Source: Saccharolobus islandicus REY15A (GTDB lineage Archaea; Thermoproteota; Thermoprotei_A; Sulfolobales; Sulfolobaceae). Taken from it: 64,000 bases of DNA. Below, piece after piece: positions 55,163 to 64,000 of this stretch. Position numbers and translations under genes: made by a program. Numbering within the stretch: the stretch's first letter is position 1; each line of letters begins with the position of its first letter. The stretch lies in assembly GCF_000189555.1 (NCBI RefSeq), contig NC_017276.1, one strand, 5' to 3'. The notes below the pieces were generated by a model. The model worked only from the letters and a program-made list of their open reading frames with translations, was not told the origin of the DNA and ran no database searches.

Positions 55163-56029
55163 ATGAATTTAAATTCTCATATTCTATTTGGTATAGCTAT
55201 AGGAATCGCATTCTTTCATAATATCGATATAGCGATTCTCATAGGCATTGGAGCTGCTTTACCAGACCTAGATAGAGAATATATACTTACTAATAAGCTA
55301 AGTCTTGCAAAGCATCAATTGCATAGAGCACTTTTTCATAATATATTTTTCGCTTTATTAATATATTTGCTTAATCAATATCTTGGAATTGGAGTTATCC
55401 TTCACATATTATTGGATATGCTCACATCACCGGCTGACAGAGGAGTCGAAGTGTTGTTCCCATTAGGCAGGTTAATTAATGACTTTCATCTAGATTATGA
55501 TGGAATTATAAAGGATAAGAAAGGGTTATTATGGTATATAGAAGACCCAGTGAGAATAATTAGAATTACGTCAGATAAGGACCTTATACCTTCTTCTAGC
55601 AAATCTCCATGGATAAGAGTATACGGACCTTTTAAGAATAGTAGAATAGCTGATTGGACAATTTTCTACTCATCTATATTATTTTTAATTCTCTTTAATA
55701 TAGATAAACTTCAGATATTTTCAATTCAATTAATTTATTCCATGATTAAATATTCCCCACTTATACTTGGAATAATATTATTTTATACTGGAGGAGAAAT
55801 ATGGAGAAGAAAATTTCAAAGAACTGGAAAATATAGAAATATGGTTGCTATCATTATGCTAATTGGAGTAGCATTTCTATTATATGGAATCAAAATGTCT
55901 ATCTCAACTCTACCATTTTTTTCGGAAAGTTCACTTAAATTAGGTATAACAAGCTTAATTTCCATAATAATTGGCTTTATAATTGCATACATACATGTTA
56001 AGAAAAGACATAAACTAGCAATAATGTAA
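55163..56029 (+). CDS. Membrane-bound metal-dependent hydrolase (YdjM/DUF457-like)
   Basis: SHILFG, LPDLD, HRALFHN, LHILLD, several TM helices. Confidence 0.8.
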   Translation: MNLNSHILFGIAIGIAFFHNIDIAILIGIGAALPDLDREYILTNKLSLAKHQLHRALFHNIFFALLIYLLNQYLGIGVILHILLDMLTSPADRGVEVLFPLGRLINDFHLDYDGIIKDKKGLLWYIEDPVRIIRITSDKDLIPSSSKSPWIRVYGPFKNSRIADWTIFYSSILFLILFNIDKLQIFSIQLIYSMIKYSPLILGIILFYTGGEIWRRKFQRTGKYRNMVAIIMLIGVAFLLYGIKMSISTLPFFSESSLKLGITSLISIIIGFIIAYIHVKKRHKLAIM

Positions 56030-56247
56030 ATTTATATTATTTTTTCTCAAAACTGTTCTAGCCAGTAGATGAATATTTAGTAATTATAACCAGAACTAGT
56101 AGAGAGAATTCTAATGTATTAATTTATTTAAGCAATTTTTATTTAATAATTCCTTTATTACTTTTTAAATTTTTGACTATTTAATAACATTCATAAATAA
56201 TGAAAAAACATTTGATAGTGTCGCCATTAAGCTATTTATATTTGTTT

Positions 56248-56607
56248 GGCGAGTATTACTTATAGGTAGGAAGGCTGTGGTTAGGCAAGACGTTTCTTGC
56301 CCCTCTTGTGGTTCTCATCATGTAGTTAAGTGTAGTTAGGTAGGCAGAGGTATTTGTGTAGGGATTGCGGTAAGTACTTCTTGGGTGACGCTAATTACCG
56401 TTCTAGGAAGTTGAGGGAGGAGGCTTTAAAAATGTTAATTGTGTGAGTATGAGGGCTATATCAGGTGCTTAATGTACCTCTAGGTACTGTGCTCACTTGG
56501 ATTAAACGTTATAGTGGGCAGAAGTACGAGAAGCTTGTTAAGTTGTGGGGGAAGACTAAAGGCTTAGTTAAGGGTAGTGTTGTTACTGATGAGATGTTGG
56601 CTTACCT
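56248..56607 (+). pseudogene. IS1-family (ISC796-like) transposase relic, 5' part
   Basis: Frameshifted reading CPSCGSHHVVKC / GRQRYLCRDCGKYF / SMRAIS / VLNVPLGTVLTWIKRY / DEM; start codon mutated to ATA. Confidence 0.85.
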
Positions 56608-57644
56608 TAGTATTTCCGAAAAGTTCTTAGACCTGAATTTTATCTAATCCTAAGTACGCTATTGCATTAAGATTAAATTTATACTTATTTTCCTCAAAGA
56701 ACTGTTTAATACAATTTACAACTTCATTCATCGAGTGAAATACTTTATTACTCATGTATGTCTTGAAGGGCTTGAAGACCACCTCTGCCATGTTAAGCTC
56801 AGGCGAGTAGGGAGGAGTAAATATGGGATGAATGCCCTTCCTACGACAAACCTCAAGAGTACCCTTAGTCTTATGAGGAGAATAATTATCCATAACCATG
56901 TAGACCCTTCCACTACCAAAACGTCTCTTAAAGTACCTCAAGAAGTACTTAACAGACTCAGAATTAGGCCTCCTAACAAGAGAAACAACTACTTCACCAG
57001 TCCAAGCGTTTACAGCAAGAATGACATAGATCGAAGAAAAACCTATATTGACGTGCATTACGGGCTTACTACCAATCTTAGCCAAAACCTTCCTAATTAC
57101 CGTACTAATAACTATCCTACTCTCATCTAGAAAGAAGAGAGCCTCTTCTTCCAATTCCTTTATTTTTTTTAAAGTCTTCCCGCATGTTCTTTTCCGCTTG
57201 AACGTTTGTTGATCTAGGTTTCACTAGGTTATATCCTAGTTCGTGAACTATCTCGTATAGCCTGGATTTCTTGTACTCTATTCCTTGTTGTTTTATTTTT
57301 AGTGTTCTCATTGTCCAATATTCTTGTTGTATTCCGTACTTTTGTGGTTGGTCTTCCAGTATTTGTTTTTCTTTCTCAGCTTTTCTCGGTCTTCCCGATT
57401 TGGGCTTGTCTCTTAGTCCATTAAGACCTTCTTTCTTGTACTTGCCAATCCACAATTTTATTGTGGAATAACCCTTGTTCAGCATTTTCGAAACTTCCTT
57501 CTCCGATTTACCGTCAACTAAGTGCAGCTTCACCGCAAGAATCCTCTCCTTAATTCTCGCGTCCTTCTCTTCCTCATAAGCTTGAACCAAATCTTGTATA
57601 ATTCAATTTGGTAATACTAGTCTATAAACTTTTTGGAAATACTA
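56608..57644 (-). mobile_element. IS630-family element (ISC1048-like)
   Basis: 18-bp IR TAGTATTTCC(G/A)AAAAGTT at 56608-25 and 57627-44, including the TA target dinucleotide at both ends. Confidence 0.92.
56627..57590 (-). pseudogene. IS630 transposase split in two frames at an A8 run (57163-57170)
   Basis: ORF1 carries HTH domains (KSGRP); ORF2 carries FLDES, MDN..H and PELNMAE (DDE); the offset is +1. Confidence 0.85.
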
Positions 57645-57710
57645 GCGTGTTTTTGGCGTTAGTCGTGATAACTTCTTTCAATTTATCAAGTGATTTTTCT
57701 ACTAACTGAG

Positions 57711-57786
57711 TGGGGCCGGCGGGATTTGAACCCGCGATCACCAGGGCCCAAGCCTGGCGTCCTAGTCCAGGCTAGACTACGGCCCC
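57711..57786 (-). tRNA. tRNA-Pro(TGG)
   Basis: Acceptor GGGGCCG/CGGCCCC, anticodon arm CCAGG-CTTGGGC-CCTGG, T-arm GCGGG-TTCAAAT-CCCGC. Confidence 0.96.
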
Positions 57787-58254
57787 CTCATATAGTAGTT
57801 TCTAAAGGTTATAAATGATTTACTCTTTTGATAAAGATAAGACGGAGAGACTGACTTCCTCTGAATTCTAAATGGTTATTTTATCTATTCAGAATTTAAG
57901 CAGTAGTGGAAGGATTAGAGGTCTCCTCAAAATACAAATTCATAACTGCAATGCAATAACAATTATTCTTAGAACCATATTTCTTATACATAAATGTATT
58001 ATATCCCACTTCTCTCGCTCTAGACTTACATTTTATAACACGTCAGTATGGGGATCTCTTTTTTGCGTAAAAAACCAGATGATTAAGATACATAAAAAGT
58101 CTGGAAAATAATACTTTTTTGAAGAAAAGTTCGTATAAGCGAGGGTGGACCTAAACATATGACACAGACAAAAGAGGTTAAGCAAGCTAAATCCAACAAG
58201 GATTTCGCCAGATCCGCCTCAAATTAATTTATACACTCCTATCAAATATTTTTT

Positions 58255-58320
58255 CCGTGATGAACTTGAACACATGCTGATGCCTTATTTAAGGCTAGAG
58301 GAAGCTACTTGAGCAGACTA
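58255..58320 (+). ncRNA. Candidate box C/D sRNA
   Basis: TTTATA at 58228-33; box C GTGATGA 58257-63; CTGA 58277-80; hairpin spacer; AGAGGA C'-like; CAGA D-like 58314-17. Confidence 0.42.
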
Positions 58321-58360
58321 GGAAACGAGGGGAGAAAAGCCTTGAGAACCCCTAATTATT

Positions 58361-59089
58361 TTAGATAATAAGAAGTTCGCTTATGAAAACAGATATAATA
58401 CCAGATACGAATATACCGTCAAACGTACCCATTCCACCTATGCTTATAATTTGTGGTCTTGCCTCATTAATAATTCTCCTTAAGTTAAGTAAGTCGGCAC
58501 CTATTAAAGTACCCAATATGCTGCCAATATATGCAGATAAGGGTATAAGAAAATGAAATTTATAGAAAAGAACATAACTAGTTATTACTGAAAATACGCT
58601 AGGTATTATAGGATGCATTATAACTCCAATTCCTCTAATTACCCTAGAAAAAAATTTTGAAATAATAGTCACAATTAGTATATTTATTATAAAATATATA
58701 CTATAACCTTGTAATTCGTACATCAAAAACAACGAGACTCCTACTGGAATTAGGGCTCCGCCTAGATTTATTGCAACTAATGTGTTCATATTGCGTCTAG
58801 ATATACGTGGTATAAATATGGGAAACCCAAAGAAGAATACAACGTCTTCCTCGATTGCTATAGCCTCTTTTTTCACCTCTTTCAAAACTAAGTTAAAAGG
58901 ACTACTAAATAGGCTTAGAAATGAAATAGCAATTGAAACAATTATTGCAATATCCTTATTAATTCCAACTATCGAAAAAAGCTGGGAGAAATATCCTGCA
59001 GATATTAGCGCCATAATAAGGCCTAATAAAAAGTATAATATAGACCTAAAAAGACCCCTAAAAGGCGAAAGAACGATTATTCTTTTCAA
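58361..59089 (-). CDS. DUF1614-like membrane protein
   Basis: AINLGGALIP, GTLIGADLLNL, SIGGMGTFDGIF; multiple TM helices. Confidence 0.78.
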   Translation of the reverse strand: MKRIIVLSPFRGLFRSILYFLLGLIMALISAGYFSQLFSIVGINKDIAIIVSIAISFLSLFSSPFNLVLKEVKKEAIAIEEDVVFFFGFPIFIPRISRRNMNTLVAINLGGALIPVGVSLFLMYELQGYSIYFIINILIVTIISKFFSRVIRGIGVIMHPIIPSVFSVITSYVLFYKFHFLIPLSAYIGSILGTLIGADLLNLRRIINEARPQIISIGGMGTFDGIFVSGIISVFISELLII

Positions 59090-59622
59090 AGCATATTACA
59101 CTCCTTATTGGCTCTAATATAATCTTCCCAAGTATTTATATTATATAACCTTCTCTTTACTTCAATAGTAGCATAATTCGAAAAATTTAATCCAATCCAG
59201 TATGAGACACCTAGATAATTACCGTTACTTTTGAGACTACATACGTCAACATTACACTTGTCAATCAAAGTTTTTATGGCATTATCGTCAATGAACGCGA
59301 GATCAATAGGTAAAACTAGTATTGGTGGTTTTAGATTATCAACTACATATTTGATATCGTTTTCATAACTAATATCTGGAGTAGGAAATATTTTGAAAAT
59401 AGAATCCTTAAATATTGGAAATAAGGGATGAGATGGACTAATACCTAAGTATACCTTATCACATACCTTATTTACCGCGTCAAAAACCCATGAAATTAAC
59501 GGTTTACCACAAACTACTAAAAAAGGTTTAAATAACGTTACTCTTTTACCCTTTCCCCCAGCTAAGATAATTGCTTTCAAACTTGACCAATTCCTCCTCG
59601 AAATCTTGATTAAAAGTTCCAA
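59086..59622 (-). CDS. Nucleotidyltransferase (MobA/CobY/NTP_transf-like)
   Basis: AIILAGGKGKR, KP, LPID, NINTWED; real start probably near LKAIIL. Confidence 0.8.
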   Translation of the reverse strand: MELLIKISRRNWSSLKAIILAGGKGKRVTLFKPFLVVCGKPLISWVFDAVNKVCDKVYLGISPSHPLFPIFKDSIFKIFPTPDISYENDIKYVVDNLKPPILVLPIDLAFIDDNAIKTLIDKCNVDVCSLKSNGNYLGVSYWIGLNFSNYATIEVKRRLYNINTWEDYIRANKECNML

Positions 59623-60502
59623 CGCCCTTAATCTCTAAAACCGAATCTCCCCTCTTAATCTCTCCTATTACATATGCCTCACTTATTCTCTCAAGAATCT
59701 TTTCTGGATGATTAGATATTGCAATAAAAGACCCAGAGGAAATTAGTTTTAAAGGATCAATATTTAAAGCCTTAGTTATAATTTTAGTCTCATATCTCAA
59801 CCCAATCTTATCCAAATTAATCAAGACAGTATATCCGGTGGCTTTTGCGATCTCAAGTAGTGCTTGCATTACTCCTCCTTCTGTAGCGTCGTGCATTGCA
59901 GCTACATAATCTAAAATACTTAAAGCTCTCTGTTGGACTATTATGTCCATCTTAAAGCCCTTTGCCTTCTCAATAACCTCCCTACTTACACCCTTTTCTA
60001 ATAGCAATTCACTATAATCTTTAGCTAAAATCCATGTTCCCTCAATACCCGGGCTTCCAACAAGTACGACTTTCATTCCCTCTTTTACACTCTTGTAGTT
60101 CAAAAACTTATTAGAAGTGCCCATTGCGGTAGTAATTACAATGTCTTGTTTAACATTACTTGTAACCTCTGTATGACCACCTACAACTTTACAGCCTATT
60201 AAGTTACACGCTTCTGATATTCCAGAAATTATACCATCCAAATGGGAAATATCTGAAAGTAAGATAACACTGTTTACCCATCTGCATTGCGCTCCTTTCA
60301 TATTTATATCATTACACGCCACCGCTATTGAAAGAAAACCGTTGTCACTTTTAGCCTCGGTAATTGGATCTGAATGTACGATAAAATACTCGCCTTTTGT
60401 CTCAAGAACTGCAGCGTCTTCACCTATTGATGGACAAGTAAGACAGTCCCCTGTTGGTAAATTATAAATAAATTTATTGATAGAAACTTTACCGAAATTC
60501 AC
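59546..60502 (-). CDS. PurM-superfamily protein (HypE/ThiL-like)
   Basis: GEDAA, HSDPIT, NDINMKGA, GGHTE, MHDATEGG. Confidence 0.82.
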   Translation of the reverse strand: MNFGKVSINKFIYNLPTGDCLTCPSIGEDAAVLETKGEYFIVHSDPITEAKSDNGFLSIAVACNDINMKGAQCRWVNSVILLSDISHLDGIISGISEACNLIGCKVVGGHTEVTSNVKQDIVITTAMGTSNKFLNYKSVKEGMKVVLVGSPGIEGTWILAKDYSELLLEKGVSREVIEKAKGFKMDIIVQQRALSILDYVAAMHDATEGGVMQALLEIAKATGYTVLINLDKIGLRYETKIITKALNIDPLKLISSGSFIAISNHPEKILERISEAYVIGEIKRGDSVLEIKGVGTFNQDFEEELVKFESNYLSWGKG

Positions 60503-60530
60503 ATTAACTATTATAAAATAATTAGCATAT

Positions 60531-61271
60531 ATGAGTAATGTTATAGTAGAGGTTAGGGATTTATATAAAAATTACAAAGATAAAGAAGTACTAAGGGGGA
60601 TCTCATTTACAGTCTATAAAGGCGAAATATTCTCATTGCTTGGTCCTAATGGAGCAGGGAAGACAACAACTGTGAAAGTACTATCTTGTGTGATAAAACC
60701 ATATAGGGGAGAAGTTAGGGTAATAGGGTATAGGGTACCGGAGGAGTGTGGAAAAATTAGAGAAAAGATTGGAGTAATGCCTCAAGATTATCAAGGATTT
60801 CTAGATTTAACGGTAAGGGAGAACATAGAATATTTCGTTAAATTATATAATGGAAAGGAAACACAAGTTGATGAACTAATTTCACTGTTAGACTTAGAGG
60901 AAGTGAAAAACCAAAAACTAAGATACTTATCTGGGGGTTATATGAGAAGAGTAGGTCTTGCATCAGCATTTGCTGGAAATCAAGAAATTTTATTTTTAGA
61001 CGAACCCACCGTGGGTTTAGATCCTAAGGCTAGAAGAGAGTTTTGGGAAATCATAAAGATGATGAAAAATAAAGGGGTAACGATATTTCTAACAACGCAT
61101 TATTTAGATGAGGCACAAAAATTATCAGATAGAGTAGCAATACTATACGGGGGCAAGCTGATTAAAGTTTCCACTGCAAGCGAGATAATGGCAGAATTTA
61201 AGACTAGTAATTTGGAAGATGCTTACCTAGAATTAATTAAGTCTTTAGAGGATGGTGAGAATAATGAATAG
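60531..61271 (+). CDS. ABC-2 type exporter ATP-binding subunit
   Basis: GPNGAGKTT, LSGG, FLDEPT, TTHY. Confidence 0.93.
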   Translation: MSNVIVEVRDLYKNYKDKEVLRGISFTVYKGEIFSLLGPNGAGKTTTVKVLSCVIKPYRGEVRVIGYRVPEECGKIREKIGVMPQDYQGFLDLTVRENIEYFVKLYNGKETQVDELISLLDLEEVKNQKLRYLSGGYMRRVGLASAFAGNQEILFLDEPTVGLDPKARREFWEIIKMMKNKGVTIFLTTHYLDEAQKLSDRVAILYGGKLIKVSTASEIMAEFKTSNLEDAYLELIKSLEDGENNE

Positions 61272-62265
61272 GATATTATTGACTGTTTCTGCATTGGTTA
61301 AGGATAATTTAAGAAATAGATTCGTAATCTTCTGGATAATAATATTTCCTATTATCATAACGTTACTATTCGGTCTCGTATTTGGGGGTTTTAGTAGTTA
61401 TTTTCACGTTATTGTTGCAGTGGAGGGAGATTATGGTCTAGCCAAGTATCTTAATACCACTGAGATATTTCAAGGATTAACTAACGTAAGTCTAAAATAC
61501 GCAGTAGAGCATGACTATATTTACGTCAAGGTGAATGGGTCTAGTTTCACAATATATACCAGTAAGCAAAATCAAGAGTTTGTACCAGTATTAGAGTCAG
61601 TTATTGACCAGTATTATCAAAAGGTTAATAATACACGTGACTTCACAGTTTTACAAATATCAGGATATACTTATTATTATTATTTAATATCTGGAATAAT
61701 AGGGATAATATCACTCTCTAATGGAATACTTAGTACGATAGGAGTTTCGGCTAGTTATTTCAGAGATAGGATAATCGAAAGATTAGCTACATCTCCATTA
61801 AAGAGTCATGAGTGGGTGATCTCACTAATAATCTATGTGATAATTATAACACTAATTTCCACAGCTGCAGTAATAATTCTGGGAATTCTATTTGGTTTTA
61901 TACCAATAATAGGTATAGAATTCTTGGGATTCTTAGTAATCTCAACCTTATTATTTGGTGGCCTAGGGGCAATAATCTACGGATTAACACCAAAGGATAA
62001 GATATTTCTTTCAGAGATAGTGGCTAACGTTCTAGTATTTCCGCTAATGTTCTTGAGTAATGCCTTCTTCCCTCCTAACGTATATCCGCCGATAGTAAGA
62101 ATATTTGTAGAATACCAACCATTATCTGTAATTATAACAATTATACGAGATTTAATAGTATACGGTGTATCGCCAAATCCCATATTAGTCTCCATAGTTT
62201 TCTTCTTTACCGTACTCTTCCTTTATGCGGGAGGACGACTTTTAAAGTTAAGAGAAATTGACTAA
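61252..62265 (+). CDS. ABC-2 type exporter permease
   Basis: N-terminal TM, extracellular domain, ERLATSP, FLSNAFFP...PLS. Confidence 0.88.
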   Translation: MVRIMNRILLTVSALVKDNLRNRFVIFWIIIFPIIITLLFGLVFGGFSSYFHVIVAVEGDYGLAKYLNTTEIFQGLTNVSLKYAVEHDYIYVKVNGSSFTIYTSKQNQEFVPVLESVIDQYYQKVNNTRDFTVLQISGYTYYYYLISGIIGIISLSNGILSTIGVSASYFRDRIIERLATSPLKSHEWVISLIIYVIIITLISTAAVIILGILFGFIPIIGIEFLGFLVISTLLFGGLGAIIYGLTPKDKIFLSEIVANVLVFPLMFLSNAFFPPNVYPPIVRIFVEYQPLSVIITIIRDLIVYGVSPNPILVSIVFFFTVLFLYAGGRLLKLREID

Positions 62266-63011
62266 AACCAGGGTGGGTTGGTCTTATTAATAAAGCTTAA
62301 TAGTCCCTCTCTTGCTTCTTCACTCTGGATTTGTATAATAAGATCATTAAAAGCTTTATCAATGTAATCTCTAAATGGTCTTAGCATATTTCTTTTTATA
62401 TATAAAGTTGCAGAAGGTGCAGAAATTGATAGTTCTTTAATCAATTCAAAGGTTGCCTTATCCAAATCGTCATTAACAATGTGTACTAAACCTATAGATT
62501 TAGCCTCATTTGCATCAATAACCTCACCTTTCATTGCTATTCTTTTAATGTTATTATAACCTAATATAAAATGGCCAATTGATGAGAGAACCGGGGGAAA
62601 TACACCTATTTTTACACCCGGTGTTGCGAACATTGCCTTAGATTCCGATATGACGTAATCTGATAGCAATAGAAGCTCCATAGAAGCTCCATAGGCTATC
62701 TTTTTTACTTGGGAAATAACTATTTTATTCATATCTAGCATTTTATGAAATATTTCCCTCATATAGGTGAAGAATGTAATAGCGAATTCATTATCGTTGG
62801 AGGCTTTAATTAATTCTCTAATGTCCGCACCTGTACCAAAGTTATCCTCTCCCCTAATAATAAGAAATCTTTTACCCTTATTGTCATTTATTGCTGATAA
62901 AGTATCTATCAACTGTGTCATGAACTCAACATTAAATAAATTATATTTATTGTCTTTTGGGTAAAATTTCAACAATATATACTTATCATACTCGTAAACT
63001 TCAATAGGCAT
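62262..63011 (-). CDS. Crotonase/enoyl-CoA hydratase-isomerase family protein
   Basis: FGTGADI, GASMEL, PGVKIGVFP, A..IGLV, EAREGL.SF. Confidence 0.85.
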   Translation of the reverse strand: MPIEVYEYDKYILLKFYPKDNKYNLFNVEFMTQLIDTLSAINDNKGKRFLIIRGEDNFGTGADIRELIKASNDNEFAITFFTYMREIFHKMLDMNKIVISQVKKIAYGASMELLLLSDYVISESKAMFATPGVKIGVFPPVLSSIGHFILGYNNIKRIAMKGEVIDANEAKSIGLVHIVNDDLDKATFELIKELSISAPSATLYIKRNMLRPFRDYIDKAFNDLIIQIQSEEAREGLLSFINKTNPPWF

Positions 63012-63044
63012 ATTGAGAGTAAATATAACTTAACAAATAAAAAT

Positions 63045-63440
63045 TTATCGCATAACTTTACTTAACTCATCCAAAATATTTTTCACTTTTCGCTTATCCT
63101 CGTCATTCAATTTCTCTAGATTCTCAACTATGTATCTAGCAGAGAACTCCAATTGTTCTATTGCTTCTTTAACTTTATCCTCCTCTGACATAACTCCGAT
63201 AGCTTTTCTACCCTCTTCTGTCAATTCATAATATTTTTTCCACCCGTCAACTTTACTAATTCTTATTAAACCTTCAGATTCCAGAGCGTCCAATGCAGGA
63301 TACACAGAGCCTGGAGATGGTCTCCACATACCATGGCTTGTCTTCTCAATCTCATCCATAATTTGGGCGCCAGTCATTGTCCCTTTAGATAATACGTACA
63401 ATATAAGCCACTTTAAGCCTCTTCTCCTATGCCAAAACAT
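63045..63440 (-). CDS. PadR-family regulator
   Basis: WRPSPGSVYPALDALESEGLI, KKYYELTEEG. Confidence 0.9.
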   Translation of the reverse strand: MFWHRRRGLKWLILYVLSKGTMTGAQIMDEIEKTSHGMWRPSPGSVYPALDALESEGLIRISKVDGWKKYYELTEEGRKAIGVMSEEDKVKEAIEQLEFSARYIVENLEKLNDEDKRKVKNILDELSKVMR

Positions 63441-63506
63441 TAATATTCATTATTATATTAAAGCTTTTAAAGCTAAAGTACTAAAAATAGAAAAACTCAG
63501 AAAAAA

Positions 63507-63896
63507 TTACAATGGCTTAAACTCCTTTTCAACTAGTTGTGCCATTTTATCTGCACAATCCTTTATATCGCTAAGCATCTTACCTTTAAGCTCAGTATAA
63601 TCTCTAGCCTTGTATAAATATCTTGGTCTTCCAGCCTTGTTCCCTGGCTCCTTTATTCTCATTACTAATCCCATCTCAAGTAACTTGTTTAAACTTCTAT
63701 TAATTGAAGCTTTAGAAAGCTTAAGATCACTTTCCAACTCTTCAGTACCTCTAGCATCGCCTTTCATTAAGGCTAATAATACTGTGACATCAGTTTCCGA
63801 TAGACCATAGCAAAATGACAAAATATCCACTAGACCAGCATCCTTTCCAGATGGTAGCTTTATTCTAGTTCCCTCACTTAATTGGGTTTCCGACAT
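63507..63896 (-). CDS. TrmB/MarR-like winged-helix regulator
   Basis: FCYGLSETD, LSKASINRSLNKLLEMGLV, GRPRYLY. Confidence 0.8.
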   Translation of the reverse strand: MSETQLSEGTRIKLPSGKDAGLVDILSFCYGLSETDVTVLLALMKGDARGTEELESDLKLSKASINRSLNKLLEMGLVMRIKEPGNKAGRPRYLYKARDYTELKGKMLSDIKDCADKMAQLVEKEFKPL

Positions 63897-64000
63897 TTAT
63901 CTCACTAATAAAGAATCTAACAAGTCACATATAAAAATTTTTTCCAATCATAGTAAGGTAACTATTGAATCTATAAACCTCTAATGCAAGTATTATACAA

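Larger units (their letters stand above)
51354..57786. mobile_element. Decayed integrated element/island at tRNA-Pro(TGG), about 6.4 kb
   Basis: Bounded by the intact tRNA and a 3'-half duplicate; contains four IS elements or relics and very AT-rich cargo; no integrase found. Confidence 0.8.

Noticed and set aside
57645-57790. Possible int(N) fragment reading into the tRNA complement (VGPAGFEPAIT)
   Set aside because: An in-frame TGA directly precedes it and nothing upstream is integrase-like.
57872-58111. 79-aa ORF downstream of the island
   Set aside because: No motif, atypical composition; probably spurious.
58159-58227. 22-codon ORF MTQTKEVKQ... with an upstream GAGGGTGG
   Set aside because: Too short, and nothing beyond a weak RBS supports it.

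Overview
AT-rich archaeal chromosome segment. Gene content and order indicate Sulfolobales, closely resembling Saccharolobus (Sulfolobus) islandicus/solfataricus; this is recognised from sequence, and no database search was run. 1-10.2 kb: the UV-inducible pilus operon (upsX partial, upsE, upsF, upsA, upsB) and its linked cassette (endonuclease III, ParB-fold protein, GT2 glycosyltransferase, Lhr helicase). 10-50 kb: mostly core genes, including pheS/pheT, map, 5S rRNA, gltX, rpl7ae, intron-containing tRNA-Trp, lysS, pelota, dpo3, dnaG, tyrS and the rps13...rps2 / ipk / fni / gds / aglH superoperon. 50-50.9 kb: SRP RNA, tRNA-Ser and intron-containing tRNA-Asn. 51.35-57.8 kb: a decayed island bounded by tRNA-Pro(TGG) and a diverged copy of its 3' half. 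It holds an IS110 with one frameshift, a VapC relic, an unannotated 42-aa 11-mer-repeat peptide, an intact IS6 with 8-bp target duplication, a membrane metallo-hydrolase, and an IS1 relic cut by an IS630. 58-64 kb: a candidate C/D-box sRNA, a PurM-like/NTP-transferase/DUF1614 operon, an ABC exporter, a crotonase-fold gene and two regulators. Most notable observations: (i) the ups-linked ParB-like protein carries SerK-type kinase motifs; (ii) the tRNA-Trp intron has two antisense elements in exact D+5 register for C34 and C39 despite degenerate boxes; (iii) the IS110 ends are structured (bridge/seekRNA candidates) and the element abuts the att repeat; (iv) upsE and upsA share an extended promoter motif; (v) a possible dead GHMP-kinase sits in the usual mevalonate kinase slot.
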